Shown: positions 29,567 through 40,635, counted from the whole stretch's first letter. The stretch: 62,997 nt of DNA, filler included, from an uncultured Methanosarcinales archaeon (GCA_964485195.1; 3 parts of 3 records of this genome joined end to end with filler, not necessarily neighbours in it); one strand, 5' to 3'. The notes: generated by a model from the letters alone, not told the origin. Translations and numbers: made by a program.

Positions 29567-30523
29567 ATGGCTTATCATTTCCTTAATGGGTTTAAAAATA
29601 AGAGAATAGCTGTCCTGGGGGATGTAATCCTCGACCAGTACATTTTTGGAGAGGTGGAGAGAATATCCCCTGAAGCTCCAATACCTGTCGTGCGCGTGGT
29701 CAAGGAAGAGTTAAGGCTGGGGGGAGCAGCGAACGTGGCCAATAACATAAAAGCATTGGGGGCTGAACCTTGCCTTCTGGGGGTTATTGGGAATGATGAG
29801 TATGGCACTGCCATTATAGAGAAGGCAAACAAAGCAGGCATTAACATTGACTTGCTCAGGGCAGAAGACAGGCCCACCACTGTCAAAACACGGGTTATAG
29901 GGTGTAATCAGCAGATTGTGCGTTTTGACAAGGAGAAAAGGGAGAATATCCCGAGAGAACTTGAAACAAGGATAAATGACTTGTTTGAAAACTTGATTAT
30001 GGAAGCTGAAGGCGTGATAATCTCAGATTACAATAAGGGAACAATAACTGATTACGTGGCTCGCAGTGCGATATTCCTGGCAAACAAATCAGGTAAAAAA
30101 GTGTTAGTTGACCCAAAACCAGAAAATGTTCGTAATTTCTCTGACTGCTACTTGTTAACGCCAAATATGAAAGAGGCTGAAAGAATTGCAGGGGCCGGCC
30201 ACGGTAAAGCAAATTCTATGCTGGAAATGGGGAGAAGCATAAGTAAACGGTTTAATTGCAATATCGCAATAACCTGCGGTGAAGAAGGGATATTCGTATA
30301 CGACAAAAGCGGCAAGCATAAACACATATTCAACACTTCCAGGAAGATTTACGATGTTACAGGTGCGGGAGACACTGTAATAGCGGTTTTAAGCCTTTGC
30401 CTGGCGTCAAACGCGGACGTTTACAAAGCTGCGGAAGTGGCAGTTCACGCAGCCGGAAAGGCTGTGGAGAAGGTGGGGACATCAACAGTCGGCCTAAAAG
30501 AGCTTAAAAGTTTACTTCAGTAA
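29567..30523 (+). CDS. rfaE1: D-glycero-beta-D-manno-heptose-7-phosphate kinase (stand-alone HldE kinase domain)
   Basis: GDVILDQY, RISPEAPIPVV, GGAANVA, SDYNKG, DVTGAGDT. Confidence 0.93.
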   Translation: MAYHFLNGFKNKRIAVLGDVILDQYIFGEVERISPEAPIPVVRVVKEELRLGGAANVANNIKALGAEPCLLGVIGNDEYGTAIIEKANKAGINIDLLRAEDRPTTVKTRVIGCNQQIVRFDKEKRENIPRELETRINDLFENLIMEAEGVIISDYNKGTITDYVARSAIFLANKSGKKVLVDPKPENVRNFSDCYLLTPNMKEAERIAGAGHGKANSMLEMGRSISKRFNCNIAITCGEEGIFVYDKSGKHKHIFNTSRKIYDVTGAGDTVIAVLSLCLASNADVYKAAEVAVHAAGKAVEKVGTSTVGLKELKSLLQ

Positions 30524-31510
30524 TTTCAGCATGTCCACAAGCCTTTTGCTGTAGCCCCACTCGCTATCATACCAGGCAGAAACTGAAACCAGATTGCCGG
30601 CAGTGACCCTTGTCATCTGGGAGTCAAAGATGATAGTGTGGTCTTCGTGAATGATGTCCGTGGAAACTAACGGCTCTTCTGTATACTTGACAACGTCCTT
30701 GAGATGGTTTTTGGAAACATTTTCAAATAACCTGTTTACCTCTTCAGCAGTAACGTCCTTCCTGGTTGAGGCTGTTAAAGTAACGTAAGCTCCTGCAGGC
30801 ACAGGAACCCTCAGGGCTATGGCATCTATCCTGTCTTTTAGCTCAGGAATGGTGAGGACCACGACTTTTGCCGCCCCTGTTGAGGTCGGCACTATGTTTA
30901 TCGCAGCTGCCCTGCCCCTTCTTGGGTCCTTTCTAGCGGGAGCGTCAAGAAGTTTCTGGGTGGAAGTGTATGGGTGCGCTGTAAGGATAAAACCCCTCTC
31001 TACCCCAAAGTTGTCATTAACCACCTTTGTCAAGAGCGCAGCGGCATTTGTTGTGCAGGAAGCGTTTGAAATTATTTTATGTTCTTCCTGCAGGTCGTGC
31101 TCGTTCACCCCCTTTACAACAGTTATGTCAGGATTTTTGGCAGGCGCGGAAATCAGAACCTTTTTCGCCCCTGCTTTCAGGTGCTTTTCAGCCCCTTCCC
31201 TGTCTGTAAACAGGCCTGTTGATTCCACTACAATGTCAATATCCAAATCCTTCCAGGGCAGTTTTTCAGGCTCTTTTTCAGAGAATACAAGAACCTTTTT
31301 TCCGTTCACTACAAGGTGGGCTTTTTCTGCCTTGACGTCCTTTGTTTCCCTGTACTGTGTAGAGTCGTATTTGAGCAGATAAGCAAGCGTTTCCGGGTCT
31401 GTAAGGTCGTTGACAGCAACCCATTCCACTTCTGGCTCATTAATCCCCGCCTGAAGGACCTGCCTTCCTATCCTTCCAAATCCGTTTATCGCAACCCTTA
31501 CCATACTCAT
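30512..31510 (-). CDS. gap: class I (bacterial-type) glyceraldehyde-3-phosphate dehydrogenase
   Basis: INGFGRIGR, SNASCTTN, PTSTGAAK, RVPV, WYD.EWGYS; start re-called. Confidence 0.95.
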   Translation of the reverse strand: MSMVRVAINGFGRIGRQVLQAGINEPEVEWVAVNDLTDPETLAYLLKYDSTQYRETKDVKAEKAHLVVNGKKVLVFSEKEPEKLPWKDLDIDIVVESTGLFTDREGAEKHLKAGAKKVLISAPAKNPDITVVKGVNEHDLQEEHKIISNASCTTNAAALLTKVVNDNFGVERGFILTAHPYTSTQKLLDAPARKDPRRGRAAAINIVPTSTGAAKVVVLTIPELKDRIDAIALRVPVPAGAYVTLTASTRKDVTAEEVNRLFENVSKNHLKDVVKYTEEPLVSTDIIHEDHTIIFDSQMTRVTAGNLVSVSAWYDSEWGYSKRLVDMLKLLK

Positions 31511-31556
31511 TGAAAAACATCTTCCCATTTTAAAAAGTTTAGTTACTATTTTAGAA

Positions 31557-33203
31557 TCAAGAATTCCCGAATATGCCTTTTCGATAAACGGTGACATTAA
31601 TCCAGTCCACGGCAATGGTATCATTTTTCTGCCCTAAATGCCTTGCATTTAAAATCATATTAACCTTTCTGTCTTTCTTATACACCATGCTTGCATTAAA
31701 TTCCGCTGCAGCGACCAACCAGCCACCTTCAGCTACAGGTTCTTTGTAGTCTGTTAAGATGTAATCAGCATTTTCCTTAACCAGCTCTAGGTTATCCAAT
31801 CCTGCTGTTTCGTATTCAAAAGGTTCAAAATAAGAATGTTCTGTAAAAGAATAATAACCAAAAGGGTTTACCAGAATATCAGTTTTATTAGTTATTAAAG
31901 TTTGAAAATCCCCTGTCCCATCAAGGGTCAGGTTAAATCTCCCAACAGATTTTAGCTCAAAGGTTGTATTCTGGTTAATTGTAATATTCTGCAGGCTTTC
32001 AATGTGTGATACAACCAGATAGACCCTGCGTTTTCCTCTGTTTTTGAAGTAGAGAGTAACCGGTCTCTCACTGGTGTTATATATCCCGCTATTCGCTAAG
32101 ATTAGCGGGCCCTTGAATACCAACTTGTTCTGGTTTAGCTTTATTTTCTTGATTATAGTGTCCGGAGTCCCTTTTATGTGGATTTTATAAACCCCTTCAG
32201 AAAGATTGTTTATGGTTAAGCTGCTTTTTTGTGTTGTTTTAATTTTTCTGTCTGCTTTTACATTCCCATCGTCTGGCAAAGAAATATTGGTTATTAAGTT
32301 ATTTTTGCTGTCAAAAATATTCACATTCAAACTATCTTCGCCTGCATACCAATTCAAATCAAATTTTTCAACCTGCATCCACAATTTTTCTTTTGCGTAT
32401 ATCAAAAAAGTGGCAGATTTCCTTATGGAAGTGTGAATTTCCATATTTTCCGGAATATAACCTTCCAACTCTGTTTCCTTTACTTCTAACCCTTTTTCAG
32501 TCACAATAAGAGAATTTTTAGGAGGGGATTGAATAAAATCTTTTATAGATGTAAAGTTTTTACCGCCTTTTCTGAGAGCATACAGCCTCGTGTTGCCTTC
32601 TTCGAGGAAAGGGGCTTCTGAAAAGTTGAATTCCGGAATATATATTGGTTTGGAGCTGTAATTCCAGCCCTCTCCAATTTTTGCAGCCAAGAATATCTCC
32701 TCTATGTCCACAGGAAACTTGCCTTTAAATTTTATTTGGATTTTCAGTTTTTCAGAATTTTCCGGAACATTTATGCCAAAATAGACCAAGGAATGGTTTA
32801 TTATTCTGTGAGAATGGTTTATTTTATCGCTGACCCTGCCTAAGGGCTTGAGAGAGGTTATACCAATCGAACCTTCTTCATTCTTTCCGCCGACGTCCAT
32901 AAAAAAATTGAGTTCGTTATCAAACAACAAAGGGGCAAGGTTCATATAAGCGAGATAAGCAATAATTATCAGCGGCACAAGGGATATTAAAAACTTCGCA
33001 AGATGGACGGTTTGCTTTTTTCTGTCTTTTAATTCAAAAAGCAAGAACATTGTAACAAACACTGCGGATATTGCTGGTAATGCTATTAAAAAAACAGAGG
33101 GATCCATGAAATACAGGACAAACAGAAAGATTGCTGTCAGGGCGAGCAATGTTAAGTGCTCAGTAAACTCTCCGCGCTCCCAGTAACTTTTAATGCGTAA
33201 CAT
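31557..33203 (-). CDS. membrane-anchored protein (3 N-terminal TM plus large extracellular beta region)
   Basis: hydrophobicity; N-glycosylation sequons. Confidence 0.75.
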   Translation of the reverse strand: MLRIKSYWERGEFTEHLTLLALTAIFLFVLYFMDPSVFLIALPAISAVFVTMFLLFELKDRKKQTVHLAKFLISLVPLIIIAYLAYMNLAPLLFDNELNFFMDVGGKNEEGSIGITSLKPLGRVSDKINHSHRIINHSLVYFGINVPENSEKLKIQIKFKGKFPVDIEEIFLAAKIGEGWNYSSKPIYIPEFNFSEAPFLEEGNTRLYALRKGGKNFTSIKDFIQSPPKNSLIVTEKGLEVKETELEGYIPENMEIHTSIRKSATFLIYAKEKLWMQVEKFDLNWYAGEDSLNVNIFDSKNNLITNISLPDDGNVKADRKIKTTQKSSLTINNLSEGVYKIHIKGTPDTIIKKIKLNQNKLVFKGPLILANSGIYNTSERPVTLYFKNRGKRRVYLVVSHIESLQNITINQNTTFELKSVGRFNLTLDGTGDFQTLITNKTDILVNPFGYYSFTEHSYFEPFEYETAGLDNLELVKENADYILTDYKEPVAEGGWLVAAAEFNASMVYKKDRKVNMILNARHLGQKNDTIAVDWINVTVYRKGIFGNS

Positions 33204-33206
33204 TTT

Positions 33207-34775
33207 TTACCTGCATACATAAATGAAAGTATTATTCCGGACCAAAAAAGTAGAAAGGCAGGCGGCGTTAACGATTTCGAAATTAAAAAACTGTTCTCTT
33301 CCTGCAAACAAGTATAAGGGCTTTTCGTACCGGCCTAACAGTTCACTTACATTAGTGCTGTTCCAAAATAATCCCCATTCATCTCTTGTCCAGTTATCGT
33401 AATCAAACAAACCGGGGGCTATCACCCTCCTTCCGGAATACCCTTGCAGCCAGGGGGAATAATAACTGTCTGTTGACATTAAGAAGGCCTGAGCTTCTGT
33501 AGTATTTTTTAAAGAAATTATTATATCCAGCTCCTCCTCAGCTATCATTGGCTTTGAAGCCATAGCTTCTAAGAAAACTAAACTGCTTGCCAATACCACC
33601 AATAAAATTGTTATGCAGGCGCCTAATTTATTATTGCCCCTTATTAAAAGATAAAAACCATAGCCTGCAAAGATTATCATTACTACATCAAGAGAGACAA
33701 TATAGCGGTTGTAGAAGAATAGTTTAAGGAAAACAATCGCACCATTCACCAAAAACCAGAGGAATAACAGATTAAAGTCCTTCTTTTTAGCTAAATGAAA
33801 AAGGCCAAGCAATGAAAAGGGGAGGTATATAACGCTTACCATCTGGTATTCCGTAAAATTCAAAAACGTTCCCGAACCCATATTTCCTGTTATTACAGGA
33901 AAAACAAAAGCCAACAGCGCCTCTTTTATCCTGCCTATATAAAACAAAAAGACGGAAACAAGTATTAACAGCCCTAAAAGAGCATTTAATCCAAAATCTT
34001 TAAATGACTTTACCACACATAATTTTTTAACAACATATACGACGAATACCAGGCCAAATATCAAAAAAGTGGGCCTATGAACAGCTCCAAGAAAAGAAGC
34101 AGAAACCATCAGTAAGATAAAATGGCTTAGAGAAGCCTTTTCTTCTTTCATTTTTAAGAAATAAACAGAAACCAAAAGCAGAATCAGGCCCAGAACCTGT
34201 TTATAATAACAGAAAGCAAAGGCTTTGAACTGGGTCAAGGAAACTGCATAGAGTAGGAAAGCTAAAATTCCCGATTGGGCGTTGAAGAATTTCTTTGTTA
34301 CAAAATAAATCATTAGTCCCAATACCACCTCAAAAAATATAAGCACAGAGGTAAGAATGGAATAAGTGCTAAAACCAGTATATTTCAAAAAGCTTGCAAT
34401 CAGTAAAAATCCAGGTTCAAACGCTTCTTTCATCCATTCTTCTTGTGATAAAGGATTGTCTATTGCATATTTGTAAATTCCCGGGTCGTAACCAAGGGGA
34501 ATTGTATTGTCTATATAAGGGATTATCCTGAAGAATAGCACCAATGCTATGGCAGCCACTAACCAGTATTTTGGTATTTTCACTTGTTTTCCTTTCTTGA
34601 TACTCACTACAGCCATCACGGCGAGGATAACCGCAAATATTTCGAAGTGTAAAATGAACCTGGGAATTACTCCCAGTAGAGATAGCATTACCAATATCGT
34701 GTACACTGCTAAAAGCTGTAAAAAAGACTTTCGGATTATGCTTTTTATTAATTGGTTTTTCTTTTTATTTAACAT
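33207..34775 (-). CDS. GT-C-like polytopic glycosyltransferase
   Basis: about 13 TM, PLGYDPGIY first-loop motif, soluble C-terminal domain. Confidence 0.65.
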   Translation of the reverse strand: MLNKKKNQLIKSIIRKSFLQLLAVYTILVMLSLLGVIPRFILHFEIFAVILAVMAVVSIKKGKQVKIPKYWLVAAIALVLFFRIIPYIDNTIPLGYDPGIYKYAIDNPLSQEEWMKEAFEPGFLLIASFLKYTGFSTYSILTSVLIFFEVVLGLMIYFVTKKFFNAQSGILAFLLYAVSLTQFKAFAFCYYKQVLGLILLLVSVYFLKMKEEKASLSHFILLMVSASFLGAVHRPTFLIFGLVFVVYVVKKLCVVKSFKDFGLNALLGLLILVSVFLFYIGRIKEALLAFVFPVITGNMGSGTFLNFTEYQMVSVIYLPFSLLGLFHLAKKKDFNLLFLWFLVNGAIVFLKLFFYNRYIVSLDVVMIIFAGYGFYLLIRGNNKLGACITILLVVLASSLVFLEAMASKPMIAEEELDIIISLKNTTEAQAFLMSTDSYYSPWLQGYSGRRVIAPGLFDYDNWTRDEWGLFWNSTNVSELLGRYEKPLYLFAGREQFFNFEIVNAACLSTFLVRNNTFIYVCR

Positions 34776-35097
34776 TTTTAAGGATGATGGATGCCATTAT
34801 TATTCCTGTTACTACTATGGTCGTATTTAGCAAGGTTATCTTAATTCCCAGCAGGCTAAAACTAAAGATAATCAAGGGTATGGTTGCCAAACTAAGTGCA
34901 AAGCTTAACATTGCCCTTTCCATCGCCTGCCTTTTCCGAAATAGGATGGTTAAAAAGAAACCCGGAAGGAATAATATATAAAAAAAGCCAAACACCGCCC
35001 GGAATGAAGATAAAGAATCGTTAAAAAGGCTTAAGATTATTGAGAATGCCGTCAAGGCCCCCAATATGCCGACTCCAATTTTAGTTTCCGTTCTCAT
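34765..35097 (-). CDS. DUF1616-like membrane protein
   Basis: LFLPGF...ER..LSFALS motif. Confidence 0.7.
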   Translation of the reverse strand: MRTETKIGVGILGALTAFSIILSLFNDSLSSFRAVFGFFYILFLPGFFLTILFRKRQAMERAMLSFALSLATIPLIIFSFSLLGIKITLLNTTIVVTGIIMASIILKNVK

Positions 35098-35449
35098 TTA
35101 TTATTAGGCCAAATAAAAGCACTAAAACAAAAGCTATTACAGGAAGGGTGTATTCCCAAAATGCCAGTTCTTTTGTTTTAAACAATACTGCTGCAAAAGC
35201 GACGATTCCCATCATCACAACAAACCAGCTACCAAGCTTTTCTTCATTTTCATTAAAATTACTTTTATAGACTAAAAACCAAATTCCGAAAAAAAGGAAT
35301 ATCGGGACAAAGTAATCCATACCAAAATACCATGAGACAGAATTAGCCCATAATTGTTCCATCAGGAATAAAATCACAAATGACATTAATAGCGAATAAA
35401 ACAATGCTTTTGCGATCTCTGAAATCATATTACTCTGCGCTTTCTTCAT
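35081..35449 (-). CDS. 4-TM hypothetical protein
   Basis: hydrophobicity; overlaps both neighbours. Confidence 0.7.
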   Translation of the reverse strand: MKKAQSNMISEIAKALFYSLLMSFVILFLMEQLWANSVSWYFGMDYFVPIFLFFGIWFLVYKSNFNENEEKLGSWFVVMMGIVAFAAVLFKTKELAFWEYTLPVIAFVLVLLFGLIINENGN

Positions 35450-36383
35450 AGTTTTTACCTGTTTTTTTAAAAAGGATAAAGCTGAAAATAGGCCCTAAAA
35501 TAAACAGCACCAGGAGCAGTATCGCTCTTTTCAACACAGTCGCTGAAATCGCTCCTGTTACATCAATTCCAATTATATTCGCCGAAAAAACATCTATCGC
35601 ATCACCAATCCCGATATTTCCCGGAGTTATTGAGACTAAAAGGGATATTACGCTTATCGCTGCAATAAAGGTTGCTTTTGAAACTCCTATATCTATGTTA
35701 AATATACTGTAAGTTATTATTATGATTATTGCTCCGAATATTAATTGAACTATGGAATTAGCTAGGGCGGCGGACACTATCTTTTTATTGTTTCTTATCA
35801 AATGCCACCCATTTATTACATTTACAAACCTGTTGAGCCATTTGTTTTTCCTCTTCTTTAATTTAAAGGGGAAGATTATAACAAACAGCAAAAAGGAAGA
35901 GATCCCTGTTAATAAAATAAAGATATATATATTAAAGAGACCGTAATAAAACCAGATAAAGAATATGCTCGCTAATCCAGCAAAACTTCCCACTAAAAAA
36001 GCAAGTATATAGACCGCAGACAGGGTAGACAGAAAATGAGTGTATGAAAAGTTATGTTTTTTGTTAAGGTAAAAAGCTCTTGCACCAGCTCCGCCCCTGA
36101 AAGGAGTTATAAGATTATAAAAGCTTGTTATGACAGAAATAGCAAAGGATTCCAATTCTTTTAATTTTATGCCAAAAGGAAGTAACAGGTACTTCAGCAT
36201 TTTCCCGTTTAAGAAAAGGTTGCCGACTATCAGCAAAAACAGGACAGCGATAAACCAAATGTTCGAAATGCCTGCAGAAGCCAGCTGTTCAAAATCAGCA
36301 AAATGCTTGTTCAAATAAAGTATAAAAAGCACTATTAAACTTAGCATGATACCTATAGACGCTGCTGTTTTTAGGTTCTTCAT
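35430..36383 (-). CDS. lysylphosphatidylglycerol synthase TM / flippase-like protein (UPF0104)
   Basis: NLITPFRGG..R and ITPGNIGI motifs. Confidence 0.8.
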   Translation of the reverse strand: MKNLKTAASIGIMLSLIVLFILYLNKHFADFEQLASAGISNIWFIAVLFLLIVGNLFLNGKMLKYLLLPFGIKLKELESFAISVITSFYNLITPFRGGAGARAFYLNKKHNFSYTHFLSTLSAVYILAFLVGSFAGLASIFFIWFYYGLFNIYIFILLTGISSFLLFVIIFPFKLKKRKNKWLNRFVNVINGWHLIRNNKKIVSAALANSIVQLIFGAIIIIITYSIFNIDIGVSKATFIAAISVISLLVSITPGNIGIGDAIDVFSANIIGIDVTGAISATVLKRAILLLVLFILGPIFSFILFKKTGKNYEESAE

Positions 36384-37942
36384 TCTGGTAATACCTCATA
36401 AAAATTCCCAAAAGATTTTTTCAATACTAAACCTCTTCTTTGAAGGGCCTTCTCATATTCTCTGAAAGGTATATTCATCTGGGCAAGCTTTACATCATCC
36501 TCTTCCAAGAAATAAACAGTGTAATTTCCAGCTAATAATTCTGAGATTAAACAAATTGTTTGATTAATCCGAATGTCGGGGTTAAACACCTGGTATATCG
36601 CTGGAGTTCTTTCAGGAAAAACATTTTTATCTTCTATCCGGGTGAATACGATGGAGTTCTCAGGAGTATCCTTTGCTAGTCTGGACTTAAAAGAGACTGT
36701 TTCTTTAATGTTGGAATCATAAAGCTTTATATCTTTGATGACCAAGGGGATTGAAACAATAACAAGTACCAATGCTGCTGTAATAAGGGCCATTTTTACC
36801 TTCCTGTTCCGGATTATTTTCTCAACAAAAACCCCAAAAGCCAAGAATATCAGGCCGTAAGAGATTATAAAGTATCTTTGAAGGGAAGCATAACTTTGAA
36901 GTGTCTGCCCAAAGCCCCCCCAGATGTTACCAAAGTAGTAAAAGATTTGGAAGAGGGGTATACACAACAGTAATGTCAAAGGGCATTTCTTCTCTTTTAT
37001 AGAATACACCAGCACCAGTATATAAACCACTATAAATAACCCGACCAAGGGCCAAAGCTGTTCTTTAATATTTTGAAATAAAACATCCCAGCTTTCAAAA
37101 AAGAAAGGCCCTTGGTTTGCAATCGAAGCATAAGCTGCATAATGCCTTAACGTTTCGGGGGATATAAAAGAAAAAAAAGAGCCAAACATTTTATTTTGGG
37201 TAAAGAAAAAAATGAATAAAGATAACAATGGTATGCTTATAAAAACCATAAACTGGTAAAATTTTAGTTTCTTAAGCAGCAAAGGTACGAAAGGGATAAA
37301 AATAAAGAATAATAACATATCAGGATACCTCAACCAAAAAGTTATCGATAAGAAAATTGCTGAAAGTAAGAGGTTTGAAAACTCGGAAGATTTTATGACA
37401 TATAAGAAGAAATAATACGCCGAAGCGAAAAACATAGAAAACGAGGGCATGTTATTCATAATAAAGACTGAATTGAAGATAAAGACATAGAACATGGAAA
37501 AGGATATTGTGATCATCAGAGCGTATTTTTCTTCCATGAATAATGAAGCCAGCTTAAAAAGAAAAAAAAGGCCTAACACCGAAAAGATCGCCATTAAGAA
37601 GAATGGAAAAAAGTTTGTGTAATTAAGATAGACTCCGAAAAGAATAGGCAGACCTATCTGCAGTGTAGGAACATTGCCCTCCGGTGAGATATGCGTGCCC
37701 CGCAACCCAAAAATTTGTTGGTTGGTTTCGTAATTAAGCCCCAATTTATAAAAAAGAAAATTATTTGAGGCGATATTTTCAGACCAGAATATGTTTTGGA
37801 AACTGTCATTAGGCTGCCAGTCGTGCCTGAAAGTGTGTATGTTAATTGCCAGAATGACGATAAAAAAGATTATGAAAAAGAAGGTTTTAATTTTCAGCAA
37901 GTGTCCTGAAATCCCAACTCTGTTAGTTTTGTTTTTTCTCAT
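36380..37942 (-). CDS. GT-C-like polytopic glycosyltransferase
   Basis: about 11-12 TM, PND first loop, WLRYP, QRY motifs, soluble C-terminal domain. Confidence 0.65.
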   Translation of the reverse strand: MRKNKTNRVGISGHLLKIKTFFFIIFFIVILAINIHTFRHDWQPNDSFQNIFWSENIASNNFLFYKLGLNYETNQQIFGLRGTHISPEGNVPTLQIGLPILFGVYLNYTNFFPFFLMAIFSVLGLFFLFKLASLFMEEKYALMITISFSMFYVFIFNSVFIMNNMPSFSMFFASAYYFFLYVIKSSEFSNLLLSAIFLSITFWLRYPDMLLFFIFIPFVPLLLKKLKFYQFMVFISIPLLSLFIFFFTQNKMFGSFFSFISPETLRHYAAYASIANQGPFFFESWDVLFQNIKEQLWPLVGLFIVVYILVLVYSIKEKKCPLTLLLCIPLFQIFYYFGNIWGGFGQTLQSYASLQRYFIISYGLIFLAFGVFVEKIIRNRKVKMALITAALVLVIVSIPLVIKDIKLYDSNIKETVSFKSRLAKDTPENSIVFTRIEDKNVFPERTPAIYQVFNPDIRINQTICLISELLAGNYTVYFLEEDDVKLAQMNIPFREYEKALQRRGLVLKKSFGNFYEVLPE

Positions 37943-37943
37943 T

Positions 37944-38924
37944 CTAGTACATTTTCAATATTTTCAGGACTAAACCTTTTGCAATTCCGAACTCAAATAC
38001 AAAAAAGAATATTGGTAAGAAGATAAGAACTATGAAAAAATCCTTTATATTTTCCGAGAGGTATAGTGAACTAAGCAAAAAAAACAGCATAATAAATACA
38101 AGCACATAGAAGAGGGAAAAGGGGCTGAACACTCCAATAGTCAGCAAGCCTGCCAGAAGAAAGGCAGGTAAAAAGATGAAAACCCAGAAATACAGCCGTT
38201 TTGGATTGAAGTAATAATCCACAAATCTTGGTCCTCTTTCATATGTATGTTTTATTTCTTTTTCAAGGGAGTTTCTTGCTAAATAATGTACTTTCACTTC
38301 AGGATGTTTCAGCAATCTTCTCTTATGCAGAATATTCAACAAAAGCTTTGTATCATCTGAAACGTTTGAATTGGTACTACTAGGTTGTGATTTGAGGAAT
38401 AGTCTCTTTTTGCAAAAAAAAACTGTTGTTCCCTTTGCAATTTTATTAAAATTTTTCTCTGTTATAAATATTGGAGCAAATCTTTTTCCATAGGAGGAAG
38501 GGTATAATTTCCTCCTGGTTATATGGATGAATCTGTCGAACACGCTTCTGTCGTGGTCTATAATAGGATTGCCAACTATCGGCTGGTAACCTACCTTTTT
38601 GATAATGTTTAAGATGTTTTCATCTGCCAGGCATCTAGAATCCGTAAAAAGGATATCTTCATATTTCGCATTTTTTGCGCCCGCTATCCTTGCTTCAACC
38701 CTCCCCTTATTTTTGTCCAGGTTTACGATTTTTAATACAACATTTTTATTTTTAGCTTTTTTTTGCTTTTCTCTTATAGAATCGGGAGTAGAATCTGTAG
38801 AACCGTCATTTACTACTATTATCTCATAATGATTTTTAGGATAATTCTGAGCTATCAACGCGTCCAAGCAGTGTCTTATGTTCTTTCCTTCATTATACAC
38901 AGGGATAACTATTGAAATATTCAT
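37944..38924 (-). CDS. GT2 glycosyltransferase with C-terminal TM
   Basis: SIVIPVYNE, VNDGSTD, FTDS. Confidence 0.9.
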   Translation of the reverse strand: MNISIVIPVYNEGKNIRHCLDALIAQNYPKNHYEIIVVNDGSTDSTPDSIREKQKKAKNKNVVLKIVNLDKNKGRVEARIAGAKNAKYEDILFTDSRCLADENILNIIKKVGYQPIVGNPIIDHDRSVFDRFIHITRRKLYPSSYGKRFAPIFITEKNFNKIAKGTTVFFCKKRLFLKSQPSSTNSNVSDDTKLLLNILHKRRLLKHPEVKVHYLARNSLEKEIKHTYERGPRFVDYYFNPKRLYFWVFIFLPAFLLAGLLTIGVFSPFSLFYVLVFIMLFFLLSSLYLSENIKDFFIVLIFLPIFFFVFEFGIAKGLVLKILKMY

Positions 38925-39619
38925 TTTTTCAGCCTCAAGCAAATTCTAAACCTGAAGAAATTATTCAGCAAAGGAACACAAGAGAGAATCTTGTCAAGGT
39001 ATCTTAAAAATGAATAAGGATTTGGGGAGAAGTATAATAGATCTATATCAAACCCTGCTTTTTTGGCCAATAATAATAAATGACGCGGAGTTCTCACCCT
39101 TATGTGGGTAGGGTCTGTTTTAAGAATGTGTTTAATTATTTCAGCCCAATGCAATCTTTGTGGAGTATAGATTGATAACGTTCCGCCTTTTTTTAAAAGC
39201 GTGTAACTTGCTTTGAGCATTTTTTTCAATGTCTCATCGCTAACGTGTTCAACAAAATCTATGGCGGCTATTTTGTTAACATAGTTTTTTTGGAAGAAGG
39301 ACAAATCGGTTGCGTCTGCCAGTTTATATGTTATATTCTTATCAGGATTCTCTTTTAAAGCTAGGGTTATGGCCTCTTCTGCAAAGTCTACAGCAATAAC
39401 CCTGTGTACATACCCTGAAATCTTTTTGGATGTGGTCCCATCAGCACAGCCAATTTCAAGTATGACATCTTTCTTTTGCGGATTCAACAAATTAAATATA
39501 TCCCTGTCCCGCTCCAGATACTTCCTTTTGGGGGCAAAGAATGATTTTTTCTTGTAATCTTTATAATAATTTTTAGCAAAATATTCTGTATCATAAAGGT
39601 GTCTATTATCTTCTCTCAT
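38921..39619 (-). CDS. class I SAM-dependent methyltransferase
   Basis: ILEIGCADG, FVEHV, LKKGG. Confidence 0.88.
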   Translation of the reverse strand: MREDNRHLYDTEYFAKNYYKDYKKKSFFAPKRKYLERDRDIFNLLNPQKKDVILEIGCADGTTSKKISGYVHRVIAVDFAEEAITLALKENPDKNITYKLADATDLSFFQKNYVNKIAAIDFVEHVSDETLKKMLKASYTLLKKGGTLSIYTPQRLHWAEIIKHILKTDPTHIRVRTPRHLLLLAKKAGFDIDLLYFSPNPYSFLRYLDKILSCVPLLNNFFRFRICLRLKK

Positions 39620-40635
39620 TTTTGGATAGCTTCCAATACCCCGCCGGCATCCAATTCCCTTAAACATCTGAATTTTTCATTACATCTAATTTTCGTAGAG
39701 GTTGAATTAAAGGGATACTTCAAGCAGTGCGAGCAGGGCAGTTTTAAAGAGACGTAATTTCCGTGCCTGCCATAAGGAGAAGTTCTTGAAGCTTGCGCCG
39801 GCCCGAAGATTGCTAAAGTGTTAACGTTCAGCGCCGTAGCTATGTGACCTAAACCTGAATCTGTGCAGATGAATAACTTGCATCTTGAGATAAGTGCTGC
39901 GGTATTTTTCAGATCACTTTCTTTAACTAAAAATATGCTTTTTTGGTGTTTAATCTGCCGATATATTTTGTCTGTTTCTATTACCTCATCAGGACCGGCG
40001 AACAGCATTATCTTCTTGTGCTGTTCAGCTAGTTTATTGATTAATTCAACAAAATGGGCACCAGGCCATCTTCTATACTTGTTTTTTTTATTGCATCCTG
40101 TGTGCACACCTACCAAATATTTTTGTTTCAGGTTATTTTTCTTGATGAAATATTCAGCAAATTTTTCATTTTTCCTGCCGATGTAAAAATGAAGTTTGTT
40201 CACTCTTGTAAGTTTCATATTAAGAGACTTAAGCAGATTCATATTCTGGTCTACATCGTGCAAATTTTCATCGGCAGGAATTTTACAGTTCTGCAAAAAG
40301 CTCAGCGTCCTAAACCTGCCGACTTTATAGCTGTGAGTTATTCTTTTTTTAGCTCCGACTAAGAAAGCAAACAGGTTAAACTGCCATTTATTGGAAGGAA
40401 ACGCGGTAATTGACACATCATATTTTTGTTTTCTTAGCAATAAAAAAGTCTTAAGCCCTTCATAATAAAATATCTTGTTTATGATACTGCTTCCGAGGAA
40501 CGGCTCTGCAAACGCCTTTTTGCGTGCAAAAATATCTATACAGGCTTTTGGATAAGCTTTTCGCAGCGAGAGCAGTGCAGGTGAGAAGAGTATGGAATTG
40601 CCTATTCCCGATGCTAATATTACCAATATTCTCAT
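39616..40635 (-). CDS. GT9 (heptosyltransferase family) glycosyltransferase
   Basis: SGIGNSIL, RRWP, TDSGLGHIA, FGP, C..C motifs. Confidence 0.9.
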   Translation of the reverse strand: MRILVILASGIGNSILFSPALLSLRKAYPKACIDIFARKKAFAEPFLGSSIINKIFYYEGLKTFLLLRKQKYDVSITAFPSNKWQFNLFAFLVGAKKRITHSYKVGRFRTLSFLQNCKIPADENLHDVDQNMNLLKSLNMKLTRVNKLHFYIGRKNEKFAEYFIKKNNLKQKYLVGVHTGCNKKNKYRRWPGAHFVELINKLAEQHKKIMLFAGPDEVIETDKIYRQIKHQKSIFLVKESDLKNTAALISRCKLFICTDSGLGHIATALNVNTLAIFGPAQASRTSPYGRHGNYVSLKLPCSHCLKYPFNSTSTKIRCNEKFRCLRELDAGGVLEAIQK

